64,000 bases of DNA from Terriglobia bacterium (GCA_963664115.2 CAXWPJ010000010.1:64001-128000), one strand, 5' to 3'. Numbered from the stretch's first letter, positions 28,732 to 39,291 are shown. The notes: generated by a model not told the origin, from the letters alone. Made by a program: numbers and translations.

Positions 28732-29771
28732 CACAGGCTGCTTCCCCGCCGGAAACTCTGGACGGCTCATTAGTTTCGGACGGTAATCTCACCTTCGTCC
28801 GCGCAATGTGTGGGCTCGTGTTGCTGCTGATTCTAGTTGCGAGCTTGTCCCTATGGTTGGGCTACCGCAATCTGGATTTCGAAGAACTTTGGAACAATGA
28901 CGCCACACGGACGGCATTCTTCAGCCTGAGATTGCCACGGGTCGTGTTAGGAGCGATCGTAGGCGCTTCACTGGGGACGGTTGGCACCGCCCTCCAGGCC
29001 ATGTTCAGGAATCCGCTGGCGGAACCTTTCACCTTGGGCGTCTCGGGGGGCGGGACGCTCGGCGCCAGTATTGCGATCGCCCTTGGATGGGGAGCGTCTA
29101 TCCTCGGCGTGCCAGCCATCTTCTTGGCAGGGTTCGCCGGATCCGGCATTGCGGTAGTTGTTGCCTATCGCATCGGGAGCCGCTTGAGCGTCGTCATCCC
29201 GGGAACGATTCTGCTGGCGGGCCTGGCAATCAATCTGACCGCGACGGCAGGCGTCATTATCCTGCAGTATCTCGCCGACGCTACGCGGGCGCTCCAGATT
29301 CTGCGGTGGTCGATCGGAAGTCTCGAAATCGTAGGCTTCGGCCTTGTCCAGCAAATGCTGATCCTCCTGGTTCCGGGATGGATCGTTCTCTTGTTTTCAC
29401 TGAAGGATCTGCATCTCTTGGCCATGGGCGAAGAAGTGGCTCTCAGCCTGGGAGTCAATGTGGCGCGGCGCGAACGGTGGGTATTCTTTGCGGCGTCGCT
29501 GATCGTCGGAGTCACCGTTTCCATCGCAGGCACGATTGCCTTCGTCGGATTGGTGGTTCCGCACATCGTCCGAATGCTTTACGGAGAGGATCTCCGAATG
29601 GTTATGCCGTGCTCGTTCCTGCTGGGCGCATCGTTTCTGATGGGCGCTGACACGGTGGCCAGGGTCATTCTCAGTTCGGGTGAACTGCCGGTTGGCGCCG
29701 TGACTGCCTTGTTGGGAGGGCTCATGTTTCTGTGGCTGCTTCAGAGGCACCCTACCCAAACCGCAATGTAA
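28728..29771 (+). CDS. btuC: Corrinoid ABC transporter permease (FecCD family)
   Basis: RLPRV, FRNPLAEP, FVGLVVPH and ELPVG. Confidence 0.87.
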   Translation: MTQAASPPETLDGSLVSDGNLTFVRAMCGLVLLLILVASLSLWLGYRNLDFEELWNNDATRTAFFSLRLPRVVLGAIVGASLGTVGTALQAMFRNPLAEPFTLGVSGGGTLGASIAIALGWGASILGVPAIFLAGFAGSGIAVVVAYRIGSRLSVVIPGTILLAGLAINLTATAGVIILQYLADATRALQILRWSIGSLEIVGFGLVQQMLILLVPGWIVLLFSLKDLHLLAMGEEVALSLGVNVARRERWVFFAASLIVGVTVSIAGTIAFVGLVVPHIVRMLYGEDLRMVMPCSFLLGASFLMGADTVARVILSSGELPVGAVTALLGGLMFLWLLQRHPTQTAM

Positions 29772-29813
29772 GAACTGGCGGCCAACGAACGCCAGAAAAG
29801 GGAGATCGAACAT

Positions 29814-30389
29814 ATGACCATAGTGACCAAACGTGGAGATCGGGGGCAAACCGATCTTGCGGGACAGGTTCGAACCTCGAAAGCCAGCCTGCGCGTCGAG
29901 TGTTACGGAACACTTGACGAGTTGATATCCCAGTTGGGTTTTGTTCGATCGATATGCGCCCACGTTCCGACTCAGACTCTCGTCAAAGACATTCAGCGCG
30001 TCCTGTTCCGTGTCGGGTCTGGGGTAGCCACCGATCCCAACGCGGCTGTTGAAGCGCCTGAGATCAGCACACAGTTTGTGGAATCGCTCGACGAGCATAT
30101 CAGGCAGATCGAGTCGACGGGCACCATTGCCTCGGACTGGTCCATCCCCGGAGAGGATGCGGCTGGGGCTGCCATGGACCTTGCCCGCACGGTGTGCCGC
30201 CGTGCGGAGCGCCAGGTGGTCCGGCTGGCCGCCAGCGGGGAAAGCGTCGATCCAAACGTCCTTGTCTATCTCAACCGTTTGTCAGATCTTCTGTGGCTGC
30301 TTGCACGTCAATTGGAATCATCCGCCGGTGTGGACAGTCGCCTCCGGGACGCGGACCATCCCGGCAAGCCCTGGTCATCCGCGTGGTAG
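29814..30389 (+). CDS. pduO: PduO-type ATP:cob(I)alamin adenosyltransferase
   Basis: TKRGDRGQT, YGTLDEL, RTVCRRAER and YLNRLSD. Confidence 0.93.
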   Translation: MTIVTKRGDRGQTDLAGQVRTSKASLRVECYGTLDELISQLGFVRSICAHVPTQTLVKDIQRVLFRVGSGVATDPNAAVEAPEISTQFVESLDEHIRQIESTGTIASDWSIPGEDAAGAAMDLARTVCRRAERQVVRLAASGESVDPNVLVYLNRLSDLLWLLARQLESSAGVDSRLRDADHPGKPWSSAW

Positions 30390-30425
30390 ACCTGGAGCCG
30401 CGTACTATGACCGGAGCCGCATACT

Positions 30426-31490
30426 ATGAATAGTAAAGCCCTGTTGGCGTCGACACTCGAGGCCATCGTTCCAGTCGATCACACGTGGATTGAACGCGCC
30501 AGAGGGAGGCAGAAGGAGTTAACGAAGCCTGAGGGCAGCCTGGGGAGACTCGAAGAGATCGCGAATCGATTGTGCGGAATACAAAAAACCCTCACGCCCT
30601 CCGCCGCCAATCCTCAAATTCTGTTGTTCGCCGCCGACCACGGTGTGTGTGCGGAAGGGATCAGCGCTTTTCCCCAGTCCGTAACCGCTCAGATGGTCCT
30701 CAATTTTCTGCGCGGCGGCGCAGCCATTAATACCCTCGCACGAGCAAACAATATCAAGCTGCGCATCGTCGACGTGGGCGTCGAATCGCCATTGCCGGAG
30801 TCTCCGGCGCTGATCCAGCGCCGAATCGGAAACGGCACCAGGAATCTCGCCCGCCATCCGGCAATGACGCGTCGCGAGGCGATAGACGCCATCGCCGTCG
30901 GCATCGAGTTGACTCAAGAAGCCGCCCGGGAGGGCTCAGGAGTTGTCGGAATTGGCGAAATGGGTATCGGCAACACGACTTCAGCAGCAGCTATCACTGC
31001 CGCGCTAACCCAACGGCCGGCGGCGGAGGTCGTTGGGCGGGGCACCGGCATCGACGACATAACGCTAGCGCGAAAGATCGATGTAGTCGCCCGTGCTGTA
31101 TCCCTTCACCGGCCTCAGATCCACGACGCTATCGATATTCTTTCCACGCTGGGCGGATTCGAAATCGCGGCAATGTGCGGCGTCTGTATCGCAGCCGCTT
31201 CACTGAATATCCTTGTCATCGTCGATGGCTTCATATCGACGAGTGCGGCTGCACTAGCGACACGCGTGCACCCCGACATCCGGGAATACCTGCTTGCCGC
31301 TCACAGGTCGAGGGAATCCGGTCACGGTGCGCTTCTCGAGCTGATCGACGATGCGCCGTTGCTGGATCTGGGAATGCGTCTAGGTGAAGGGACAGGAGCG
31401 GCCTTGGGTGTCGGACTTATTCGATCGGCGATTGCTGCTTTTAACGAAATGTCGACCTTCGCCGATGCCTCAGTCTCGGAAAGCAACTAG
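30426..31490 (+). CDS. cobT: Nicotinate-nucleotide:DMB phosphoribosyltransferase
   Basis: TKPEGSLGRLE, GEMGIGNTT and MRLGEGTGA. Confidence 0.96.
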   Translation: MNSKALLASTLEAIVPVDHTWIERARGRQKELTKPEGSLGRLEEIANRLCGIQKTLTPSAANPQILLFAADHGVCAEGISAFPQSVTAQMVLNFLRGGAAINTLARANNIKLRIVDVGVESPLPESPALIQRRIGNGTRNLARHPAMTRREAIDAIAVGIELTQEAAREGSGVVGIGEMGIGNTTSAAAITAALTQRPAAEVVGRGTGIDDITLARKIDVVARAVSLHRPQIHDAIDILSTLGGFEIAAMCGVCIAAASLNILVIVDGFISTSAAALATRVHPDIREYLLAAHRSRESGHGALLELIDDAPLLDLGMRLGEGTGAALGVGLIRSAIAAFNEMSTFADASVSESN

Positions 31491-31495
31491 GTCCC

Positions 31496-32242
31496 ATGGG
31501 TGAATTCATATCCGCCATCTCTTTTCTAACACGGCTCCCAGTGCCGGGACAGGGGGCATTGAGGGCCGTCGACATTGGACGGGCCACTGCGTGGTTTCCG
31601 GCCGTTGGACTGATCGTTGGAGCCTCGCATCTGCTCACGCTTGAACTCCTCAGCGGTATTTTACCGCCTGCGATGGCCGGAATCTTTGTCTTGATTGTGG
31701 ACGTCCTGATCACGGGCGCGCTTCATATGGATGGTCTGGCGGACACCGCGGACGGATTCGGTGGCGGCTGGACGAAGAGCGAGGTACTCAGGATCATGGG
31801 CGATCATGCTATCGGCGCCTATGGAGCAACGGCACTGATACTCTGCCTCGCTCTAAAAGGGGCCATGATCGCCACGCTTATAGATGCTCCAGACCGGCTC
31901 GGGTTGTTTCTGGCTGCCCCGGTCATCGGGCGCTGGTCCAGCGTAGTGCTCAGCTTTGCCCTGCCTAACGCCAGAAACTCAACTGATTCCACCGGGTCAG
32001 TGAGCGCCCTTGTCGGGGTTCGCGAACTGACGATTGGAACCACAATTTGTCTGGTCGTGCTCATAGCGGCCTTCGATCGGTGGTCCATCCTTTTCGCCGC
32101 GGCCGCACTACTGGTCACAGGCAGCTGGGGAATCATCTGTTACCGTAAAATTCAGGGCGTTACCGGAGATACCCTTGGGGCATCCATCGCAGTCAATGAA
32201 ATAGTCGTCCTGTTCATCGGTGTCGTGGGCATCGTCCGATGA
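31496..32242 (+). CDS. cobS: Adenosylcobinamide-GDP ribazoletransferase
   Basis: FLTRLP, GALHMDGLADTADG and GVTGDTLGA. Confidence 0.95.
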   Translation: MGEFISAISFLTRLPVPGQGALRAVDIGRATAWFPAVGLIVGASHLLTLELLSGILPPAMAGIFVLIVDVLITGALHMDGLADTADGFGGGWTKSEVLRIMGDHAIGAYGATALILCLALKGAMIATLIDAPDRLGLFLAAPVIGRWSSVVLSFALPNARNSTDSTGSVSALVGVRELTIGTTICLVVLIAAFDRWSILFAAAALLVTGSWGIICYRKIQGVTGDTLGASIAVNEIVVLFIGVVGIVR

Positions 32243-32880
32243 GTCAGGTGAGCCATAGAGCGGCAGCTCTTCGAATCTGGCTCATCCGGCACGCCGAACC
32301 GCTTCGAAATAGAATGGGATATTTAGACAGCCGGGATGGAATCCCCTTGTCGGAGGCCGGCCACGTGCAGGCAGCCAGACTAGCCGCACGACTCGCCAGA
32401 GAGCCCTTGGCAGCCGTGTACAGCAGTCCCATGCGGCGCGCCATGGACACAGCCACGCCCATCGCGAACGCGGGCCGACTTTCTGTAATTCAAAACAATG
32501 GTTTCAGGGAGATCGACTTCGGGGATTTTGAGGGACGCGAGTTCGATGATCTGCAGATCACCTACCCTGAACTCTACGAACAGTGGATGGCGCGGCCCAC
32601 AGAGATGACCTTTCCCAATGGGGAAAGCTTCAGCGGGTTCAAGCAGCGGGTTATGCACGCCTTCAAAGGCTTGACCCGGCGGAAGGCGCCCGCCACGATA
32701 GCCGTCGTCTCGCACGCGGGCGTGAATCGACTCCTGATCGCAAACGCGCTTTCGCTCTGTGACGACTGCCTTTTTCGAATCGGACAGAACTACGCGTCTT
32801 TGAGTCGCATCGCATATTTCGACAACTCAGCCGTTGTCGAACTTCTCAACGGTTCGGCCGGGGATTCGGCCGGAACTTAG
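32239..32880 (+). CDS. cobC: Histidine phosphatase, probably alpha-ribazole-phosphate phosphatase
   Basis: LIRHA, SSPMRRA, EIDFGDFEG, PNGES and SHAG; operon context. Confidence 0.8.
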   Translation: MSQVSHRAAALRIWLIRHAEPLRNRMGYLDSRDGIPLSEAGHVQAARLAARLAREPLAAVYSSPMRRAMDTATPIANAGRLSVIQNNGFREIDFGDFEGREFDDLQITYPELYEQWMARPTEMTFPNGESFSGFKQRVMHAFKGLTRRKAPATIAVVSHAGVNRLLIANALSLCDDCLFRIGQNYASLSRIAYFDNSAVVELLNGSAGDSAGT

Positions 32881-32932
32881 TCGATCTGGCACTCACAATT
32901 ACGCGCCAACCAGGATAATTCTGCGGTTTCTA

Positions 32933-34083
32933 GTGGTCCCCGTTAAACAGACTGTAACTTATCAAGATTTCGCCGGCCGCGCTGGACTTTAGCAAGGATG
33001 TCGGAAGCCGTTGCAGTCCAGATGAAGGGTTTCGGGTCTTCATTGTGACGAGCGAGGTAGTCCTCCACGGCCTGGATCAACTCGGGGACCGAGCGGAAAA
33101 CGCCACGCCGGAGTCGTTGCTCGGACAGATCCCGGAAAAAGCGCTCGACCATGTTGAGCCACGACGCACTGGTTGGCGTGAAGTGCACATGAAAACGCTT
33201 GTTACGCTTGAGCCAGTTGACGACTTTCTGATGTTTGTGAGTCGCATAGTTGTCGCAAATAATGTGGATCTCCTTATCTTTCGGCATGGCGCGTTTGATC
33301 TGATTCAGAAACCGGATCCATTCCTGATGGCGATGCTTTGGCATGCAGGTTCCGATGACCGAACCGTCCAGGATGTTGAGCGCGGCGAAAAGCGTGGTTG
33401 TCCCGTTACGTTTGTAATCGTGGGTCATGGTGCCACACCGCCCCTTCTTCAGAGGTAACCCGGGTTGCGTGCGGTCCAGGGCCTGCATCTGGCTCTTCTC
33501 ATCGCAGGACAAGACAATGGCGTTTTCCGGTGGGCTCAGATACAGACCGACCACATCCTCCAGCTTTTCGGCGAATCGTTTGTCGTTGGATAGTTTGAAG
33601 GTTCGTGACAGATGAGGCTTCAGTCCATGGACCCGCCAGATTTTCCCGACCGTGGACTCGCTCACGCCAACGGCCTTCGCCATCGAGGCCCGACTCCAGT
33701 GCGTCGCGTTCGGGGGCTTCTCTTCCAGTGTCTTCTTGACGATCCGGGCTCGCTTCCGGCGACTGATCGTGGGAATCCGTCCGCTTCGCGGCGCATCCTT
33801 TTCGATCCCAGCCAAGCCCTGTTCCACAAAACGATTGCGCCAGCGGCCCGCTTTCTGGCGCGTGATCTCCAAGCGGGCGGCGATCTCATAATTGTTCCGA
33901 CCTTCAGCGGCCAGTAATACAATTCGGGATCGTTCCGCCAACCGGACCGATGTACTCCGGCTTCGACTCAGTCGCTCCAACTCCATCCGCTGCTTGTCAT
34001 CCAATTCAATGGTCGGTGCTTTCCTCATTCTCTATTGGACGTTGGAAAGCTATTTTAGTTACATTACTTCGAGCGGGGTACAC
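32933..34083 (-). mobile_element. IS630-family insertion sequence
   Basis: Ends (TA)GTGGTCCCCG ... CGGGGTACAC(TA); TA duplication within CTAG. Confidence 0.88.
32943..34028 (-). CDS. IS630-family transposase (361 aa)
   Basis: CDEKSQ, HDYKRNGT, ICDNYATHK and SWLNMVERFF. Confidence 0.95.
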   Translation of the reverse strand: MRKAPTIELDDKQRMELERLSRSRSTSVRLAERSRIVLLAAEGRNNYEIAARLEITRQKAGRWRNRFVEQGLAGIEKDAPRSGRIPTISRRKRARIVKKTLEEKPPNATHWSRASMAKAVGVSESTVGKIWRVHGLKPHLSRTFKLSNDKRFAEKLEDVVGLYLSPPENAIVLSCDEKSQMQALDRTQPGLPLKKGRCGTMTHDYKRNGTTTLFAALNILDGSVIGTCMPKHRHQEWIRFLNQIKRAMPKDKEIHIICDNYATHKHQKVVNWLKRNKRFHVHFTPTSASWLNMVERFFRDLSEQRLRRGVFRSVPELIQAVEDYLARHNEDPKPFIWTATASDILAKVQRGRRNLDKLQSV

Positions 34084-34955
34084 TAGATCCCGGCAAGATC
34101 TTCCATAGGCTGTCCTCGCATTTGCTCCACGAAGGCCACCGGATCGCCCATGGGAACCACATATACCTCTTCGATCCCGAGCGCTGTGTAGTCTTTCATT
34201 TCAGCTATGAAAGCGTCCGGCTTGCCTTGACCCAGGGCCTGCCCTCTGTAGAGGACAGTCTTCGTGATGGCGTCATAGTTGGTTCCTTCGTTCTCACAGT
34301 GTCCCCGAAGTATCTCAAGCTTGTGCTTCGCCTCGTCCGCAGTCTCCGTGATGAGGTTGCAGGCGTCAGCGTACCTGGCAACGAGCCGGAGGGTCTTCCG
34401 CTCGCCCCCACCCCCGATCATGATCGGCGGATGGGGCTTCGTGATCGGCTGCGGCGAGCAGAGGGTTTCGGCGAGTTGGTAGTGCTTGCCTTCGAAGGGT
34501 CCATTGTTATCGCTCCACATCTGCTTGCAGATCTGAAGCGTTTCCTCCAGACGCTCGAAACGCTCCGAAATCGGCGGGAACCCCACGCCCAAACCCACGT
34601 GCTCGCGCTCATACCACGCCGCTCCAATGCCCAATTCTGCCCGGCCCTCAGATAGGACATCAGCGCTGGTTACGATCTTGGCCAAAAGGCCCGGATGCCG
34701 ATAGGTGACGCCGGTCACGAGGAGCCGCAGTTGAACTCTTTCGGTACATGCGGCGAGAAATCCGAGCGTTGTGTACCCCTCCAGCATCTCGTGTTCGGCC
34801 GGGAACAGGAAATCCATTTGAAAATAGTGATCCATGGCGGACACCGAAGAGCACCCAATCTCTTCGGCCGTCTCCGCAATCCGCCGGAGCGTCGGTGCGA
34901 TGCTGTGAGGACTGCCCGGCCAGGTGAAGCTGACTAGGTGGATTCCCAGTTTCAT
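34083..34955 (-). CDS. LLM-class, probably F420-dependent, oxidoreductase
   Basis: MDHYFQ, EGYTTLGFLAA, TYRHPGLLAK and GGGGERKTLRLVARYADACN. Confidence 0.9.
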   Translation of the reverse strand: MKLGIHLVSFTWPGSPHSIAPTLRRIAETAEEIGCSSVSAMDHYFQMDFLFPAEHEMLEGYTTLGFLAACTERVQLRLLVTGVTYRHPGLLAKIVTSADVLSEGRAELGIGAAWYEREHVGLGVGFPPISERFERLEETLQICKQMWSDNNGPFEGKHYQLAETLCSPQPITKPHPPIMIGGGGERKTLRLVARYADACNLITETADEAKHKLEILRGHCENEGTNYDAITKTVLYRGQALGQGKPDAFIAEMKDYTALGIEEVYVVPMGDPVAFVEQMRGQPMEDLAGI

Positions 34956-35223
34956 TAGAGTCTCCCTTCTTGGATCAAACGCGGCGAATTCGCGGGACGA
35001 CTAGAATACCGTTTTCACATTGCTGCCGCTTTTCAAAATTCGGCGAACAAATGAGGTGTCCGTTGTTCAGACCTGATTATCCGCACAACCAAAGCCCAAC
35101 CTCAAGGCCTGATGACGGAGGGAAAATAAATTGACCCCCACTTGAACCCTGGTGTTACATGTAATTAGTTTTCATAAGAATCATCGTATGTTCTCAGAGA
35201 CATCACGCCGGAAAGGAACAACA

Positions 35224-35727
35224 ATGCAAATCCTAAAAATGTTTTCGATATTACTGCTGCTCGCCATGACCGTAACCGCACAGGGGCCTGAACCTAAAAT
35301 CCATGGAACCGTAAACGACGTCATGATCGGCATCATCTACCCGAGTTCCAATAACGTCTTTGCTGCCCAGTCGGAGGATCCGAACGCTCCATCCGATGAT
35401 TTTTCGTTCGACTATTATGGAGGCTGGATCGAGGTCGGAAGCGCCGCAATCGCCGTAGCGGAATCCGCCAACCTCATTACAATTCCCGGACGCCAGTGCG
35501 CGAACGGAACGCCTGCTCCGGAGGGTGCCGAAGATTGGCTGGGTTGGGTTGAGGATATGCGGGCATCTGGATTGGCCGCCTACGAGGCCGCACAGTCGGA
35601 GAGTCAAGACGCCCTAATCGAGATTACCGATCAACTCGCCGCATCGTGCAGTAACTGTCATGCCAGGTATGTGGACGTGTCGGATCGTTGTGTGGGGTTA
35701 GGAGCCGTCAGCTTTCAGACAATCTGA
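35224..35727 (+). CDS. Periplasmic monoheme cytochrome c, paralogue of 11216..11644
   Basis: Signal peptide; GTVNDVMIGIIYP vs GTMSELMVGMVYP; AESAN vs AESGN; CSNCH. Confidence 0.8.
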   Translation: MQILKMFSILLLLAMTVTAQGPEPKIHGTVNDVMIGIIYPSSNNVFAAQSEDPNAPSDDFSFDYYGGWIEVGSAAIAVAESANLITIPGRQCANGTPAPEGAEDWLGWVEDMRASGLAAYEAAQSESQDALIEITDQLAASCSNCHARYVDVSDRCVGLGAVSFQTI

Positions 35728-35763
35728 CCTGCAGGTGCGGTCGGTGCCCGCGCCTACAGAACA

Positions 35764-38700
35764 TCAATCACCTGCCGGGGCTGCGTCGGCGCCTTGGTCC
35801 AAACCTTCATCCCACACTTCCTCTTCCTGACGCCCGTATCTCAGATACAGGGTCGGCATGACGATCATGTTAAGAAACGTAGACGTCAGCATTCCACCCA
35901 GAATCACAGCGGCCATCGGCTGCTGAATTTCCTGCCCTGGAATCCCGACTCCCAGGGCCAACGGTATCAGGCCGACTCCTGTCACGAGAGCGGTCATCAG
36001 GATGGGGCTCAAACGTTCCATCGATCCCTGAATGACAGCCTGACGGAAGGCCACGCCTTCCTCGATCAAATGACGATAGTGGGTGACCAGCATGATGCCG
36101 TTGCGCGTGGCAATGCCGAAAAGCGTAATGAAACCGACCAGCGAAGCCACCGAAAGCGTGCCGCCCGAAAGAAACACGATGAGAACGCCACCGATGAGGG
36201 CTAAGGGCAGGTTCACCATCACCAGCAACGAGGCACGCAGGGACTTCAACGCGATAAACAGGAGAAGAAATATTCCGCCGATCGCAACCAACGACAGCCA
36301 GAATATTCTCAGCGACGCCTGCTCCTGCGCCTCAAACTGGCCGCCATATTGAACGAAGTAACCTTCGGGAAGGGCGACTTCCCTGCCCACCGCTGCCCGA
36401 ACGTCATCGATCACACTGCCCAGATCCCTTCCTGAAACATTGGACTGCACTATGATCCGGCGCTGTCCGTTTTCGCGGTTGATCGTGTTCGGCCCCTGGT
36501 CGGAACGTACGTCGGCTACTTGTGCGATGGGGACCTTCGCGCCCATCGGGGTCTCAATAAGCGTGTTCCGGATTGAATCGAGCGATTCACGGGCTTCGTC
36601 TTCGAGACGGACAACGAGATCGTAGCTTCGCTGCTGCTCCAGGACCTGACCCACCACCCGACCGTTAAAGGCAGTTTCCACTAACTCAGCCAGGTCACCC
36701 GCCGACAGACCAACAGCCGCCGCATTGGCTCGGTCGATATTCACCTGAACCTGTGGCACGCCCACCTGAGGTTCGACCAGCAAGTCGACTACTCCGGGAA
36801 TATTTTCTATCGAAGCCCGGATCTCTTCGGCCTTGTTTCTCAATATTGGCAGGTCGGGCCCGAACAGTTTGATCGCGATCTGCGCCCGGGTGCCCGACAA
36901 CAGGTGGTCGATGCGATGCGATATCGGTTGACCTACCTCCGACGCTGCGCCGGGAATGGGAGCCAGGCTCGCCCGTACCTCGTCCATGATTTCGAACTGC
37001 GACCGCTCGGACGGCCGGATGACGACCTCCAGCTCGCTCGCATTAACTCCCGCGGCATGTTCGTCCTGTTCGGCACGTCCGGTTCGCCTCGTGGTCGAGA
37101 CAACCTCGGGAATTTCGTGGAGCGCACCCTCGACAACGTTACCGATACGGTTCGACTCCTCTAAAGATGTTCCCGGAGGCAGCGTCACATTAATATTCAC
37201 GGCTCCTTCGTTGAAGGGCGGTAGAAATTCACGACCCGTCAGCGGAAGCAAGGCAATGGATGTCACGAGTAATAGAACAGATACAGCAATGACTTCGAAC
37301 GGACGGGCCAGGGCCCACCCCAGTACCTTGCTGTATCGCCGTTTGCTAAACGCCACCAATCGCGAATCACCCGTGCTCTGCCCTCGGGCGAACCGTCCGA
37401 GCATCAAGTAGCACAGGACTGGCGTAACCGTAAGCGCCACGAGTAGCGAGGCCGCTATCGAAAAGATGTATGCGAACGCCAGCGGTGCAAACATACGTCC
37501 TTCAAATCCGGCGAGCGAAAACAAGGGCAGGAAGACGAGAATGATGATCAGCGTCGCATAGTAAATGGAATTCCGAATTTCACTGGACGCTTTAAATACG
37601 ACAGTCGAAATCTTCTCCGGATTTCCCATTGCGACGTTTTGTTTGAGCCGTCGGAATACATTTTCTACATCCACAATCGCGTCGTCCACGAGTTCCCCGA
37701 TGGCGATCGCCAACCCACCCAGCGTCATCGTGTTGATGCTTATTCCGAAATAGCTCATCGCGCAGATGGCGGTCACCAAAGACAGCGGAATGGCGGTCAA
37801 ACTGATGAATGTCGTCCTGAAGTTCCAAAGAAAGAGGAAGAGCACGACGCTCACCAGCACGCCGCCTTCAATCAGCGCGCGACGGACGTTGCCGACCGCA
37901 AGCTCGATGAAGTTGGCCTGCTGAAAAGCCTCAGCGTCGATAGATACGTCGTCGGGCAGCGTCAGCTCGAGGGATTCGAGTATCGTTTCGATCTCCTCGG
38001 TCAGCTCAAGAGTGTTGGCATTCGGCTGCTTCTGGATCGTGACGACGATCGCAGGCTCCATATTGAAGCTTCCGTCGCCCCTCTTGATCGCAGCGCCCAG
38101 GCGGACTTCGGCAACATGTTCGATCAGCACAGGTCGGCCGTCGCGGATTGTGATGACCGACTGAGCCAGATCTTCAATCTGACTCACGCGGCCGCGCCCG
38201 CGAATCAGGAATTCTTCGTTGGTTCGTTCCATAAAACCGCCAGGGCTGACGGCGTTCGCATCCTCGACCGCGTGACTGACGTCTTCGAGAGACAGGTCGT
38301 AATCAACGAGCCTCGTGGGATCAACGATCACCTGGTATTGCTTCAGGTCGCCTCCGATCACAATGACCTGGGACACACCCGTAATCGCGAGCAGGCGTGG
38401 CCTTACGATCCAATCTGCTAGTGAACGAAGATCCATGTTGGATGTTTCGCCCGTCGAGATCATGGATACGAGCATGATCTCGCCCATCGTCGAAGAGATT
38501 GGACCCAACACCGGCGACTCGATTCCGTCAGGCAGTTCCACCTGCTGGAGCTTCTCCGTTACGAGCTGACGCGCCCGGTATATGTCGGTTCCGAGCTCGA
38601 ACTCGGCGAAGATCAACGAGAGTCCTACCGCCGAATTCGAACGGACACGAAATACTCCCGACGTACCATTAAGGACGGATTCGAGCGGCACCGTAACAAG

Positions 38701-38889
38701 CGCTTCCACCTCTTCCGGTGCCAGGCCGTGAGCCTCCGTAAGGACAGTTACCGTAGGGACCGTCAGATCAGGAAAAACATCAATTGGGGTCCGGGCCGCG
38801 ACGATACCGCCGTAAATAAGGAGGCCGACCGCTCCGACGACAACCAGCAGGCGATTGTCCAAAGACCATTGAATAATTCGATCTAGCAT
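35764..38889 (-). CDS. Heavy-metal RND transporter (CusA/CzcA family)
   Basis: PIDVFPDL, AIGELVDDAIVDVEN, FGIATRNGI and ERLSPILMTA. Confidence 0.95.
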   Translation of the reverse strand: MLDRIIQWSLDNRLLVVVGAVGLLIYGGIVAARTPIDVFPDLTVPTVTVLTEAHGLAPEEVEALVTVPLESVLNGTSGVFRVRSNSAVGLSLIFAEFELGTDIYRARQLVTEKLQQVELPDGIESPVLGPISSTMGEIMLVSMISTGETSNMDLRSLADWIVRPRLLAITGVSQVIVIGGDLKQYQVIVDPTRLVDYDLSLEDVSHAVEDANAVSPGGFMERTNEEFLIRGRGRVSQIEDLAQSVITIRDGRPVLIEHVAEVRLGAAIKRGDGSFNMEPAIVVTIQKQPNANTLELTEEIETILESLELTLPDDVSIDAEAFQQANFIELAVGNVRRALIEGGVLVSVVLFLFLWNFRTTFISLTAIPLSLVTAICAMSYFGISINTMTLGGLAIAIGELVDDAIVDVENVFRRLKQNVAMGNPEKISTVVFKASSEIRNSIYYATLIIILVFLPLFSLAGFEGRMFAPLAFAYIFSIAASLLVALTVTPVLCYLMLGRFARGQSTGDSRLVAFSKRRYSKVLGWALARPFEVIAVSVLLLVTSIALLPLTGREFLPPFNEGAVNINVTLPPGTSLEESNRIGNVVEGALHEIPEVVSTTRRTGRAEQDEHAAGVNASELEVVIRPSERSQFEIMDEVRASLAPIPGAASEVGQPISHRIDHLLSGTRAQIAIKLFGPDLPILRNKAEEIRASIENIPGVVDLLVEPQVGVPQVQVNIDRANAAAVGLSAGDLAELVETAFNGRVVGQVLEQQRSYDLVVRLEDEARESLDSIRNTLIETPMGAKVPIAQVADVRSDQGPNTINRENGQRRIIVQSNVSGRDLGSVIDDVRAAVGREVALPEGYFVQYGGQFEAQEQASLRIFWLSLVAIGGIFLLLFIALKSLRASLLVMVNLPLALIGGVLIVFLSGGTLSVASLVGFITLFGIATRNGIMLVTHYRHLIEEGVAFRQAVIQGSMERLSPILMTALVTGVGLIPLALGVGIPGQEIQQPMAAVILGGMLTSTFLNMIVMPTLYLRYGRQEEEVWDEGLDQGADAAPAGD

Positions 38890-38892
38890 TCA

Positions 38893-39279
38893 ATTAGCGT
38901 CGGGCCCACCGGCCCCGATTTCCCCTCCATTAAGAGTGCACTTACGATCCGCCATTGCCTCTGTTGTGGGAGCTCGAACGCCGGCCGGTCCCCCCACGCC
39001 CGCATTAGCGTCGGGCCCACCGGCCCCGATTTCCCCTCCATTAAGAGTGCACTTACGATCCGCCATTGCCTCTGTTGTGGGAGCTCGAACGCCGGCCGGT
39101 CGAACGCCGGCCGGTCCCCCCACGCCCGCATTAGCGTCGGGCCCACCGGCCCCGATTTCCCCTCCATTAAGAGTGCACTTACGATCCGCCATTGCCTCTG
39201 TTGTGGGAGCTCGAACGCCGGCCGGTCCCCCCACGCCCGCATTAGCGTCGGGCCCACCGGCCCCGATTTCCCCTCCATT
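38893..39279. repeat. Tandem array of a 111-bp unit (3 full units + 39 bp)
   Basis: Unit starts at 38893, 39004, 39130 and 39241; the second unit has an internal 15-bp duplication. Confidence 0.97.
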
Positions 39280-39291
39280 GACTCTGACGTC

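Noticed and set aside
38893-39279. CRISPR array (39-bp repeat x4)
   Set aside because: The intervening 72-bp segments are identical apart from one internal duplication, and no cas genes are present. This is a tandem repeat.
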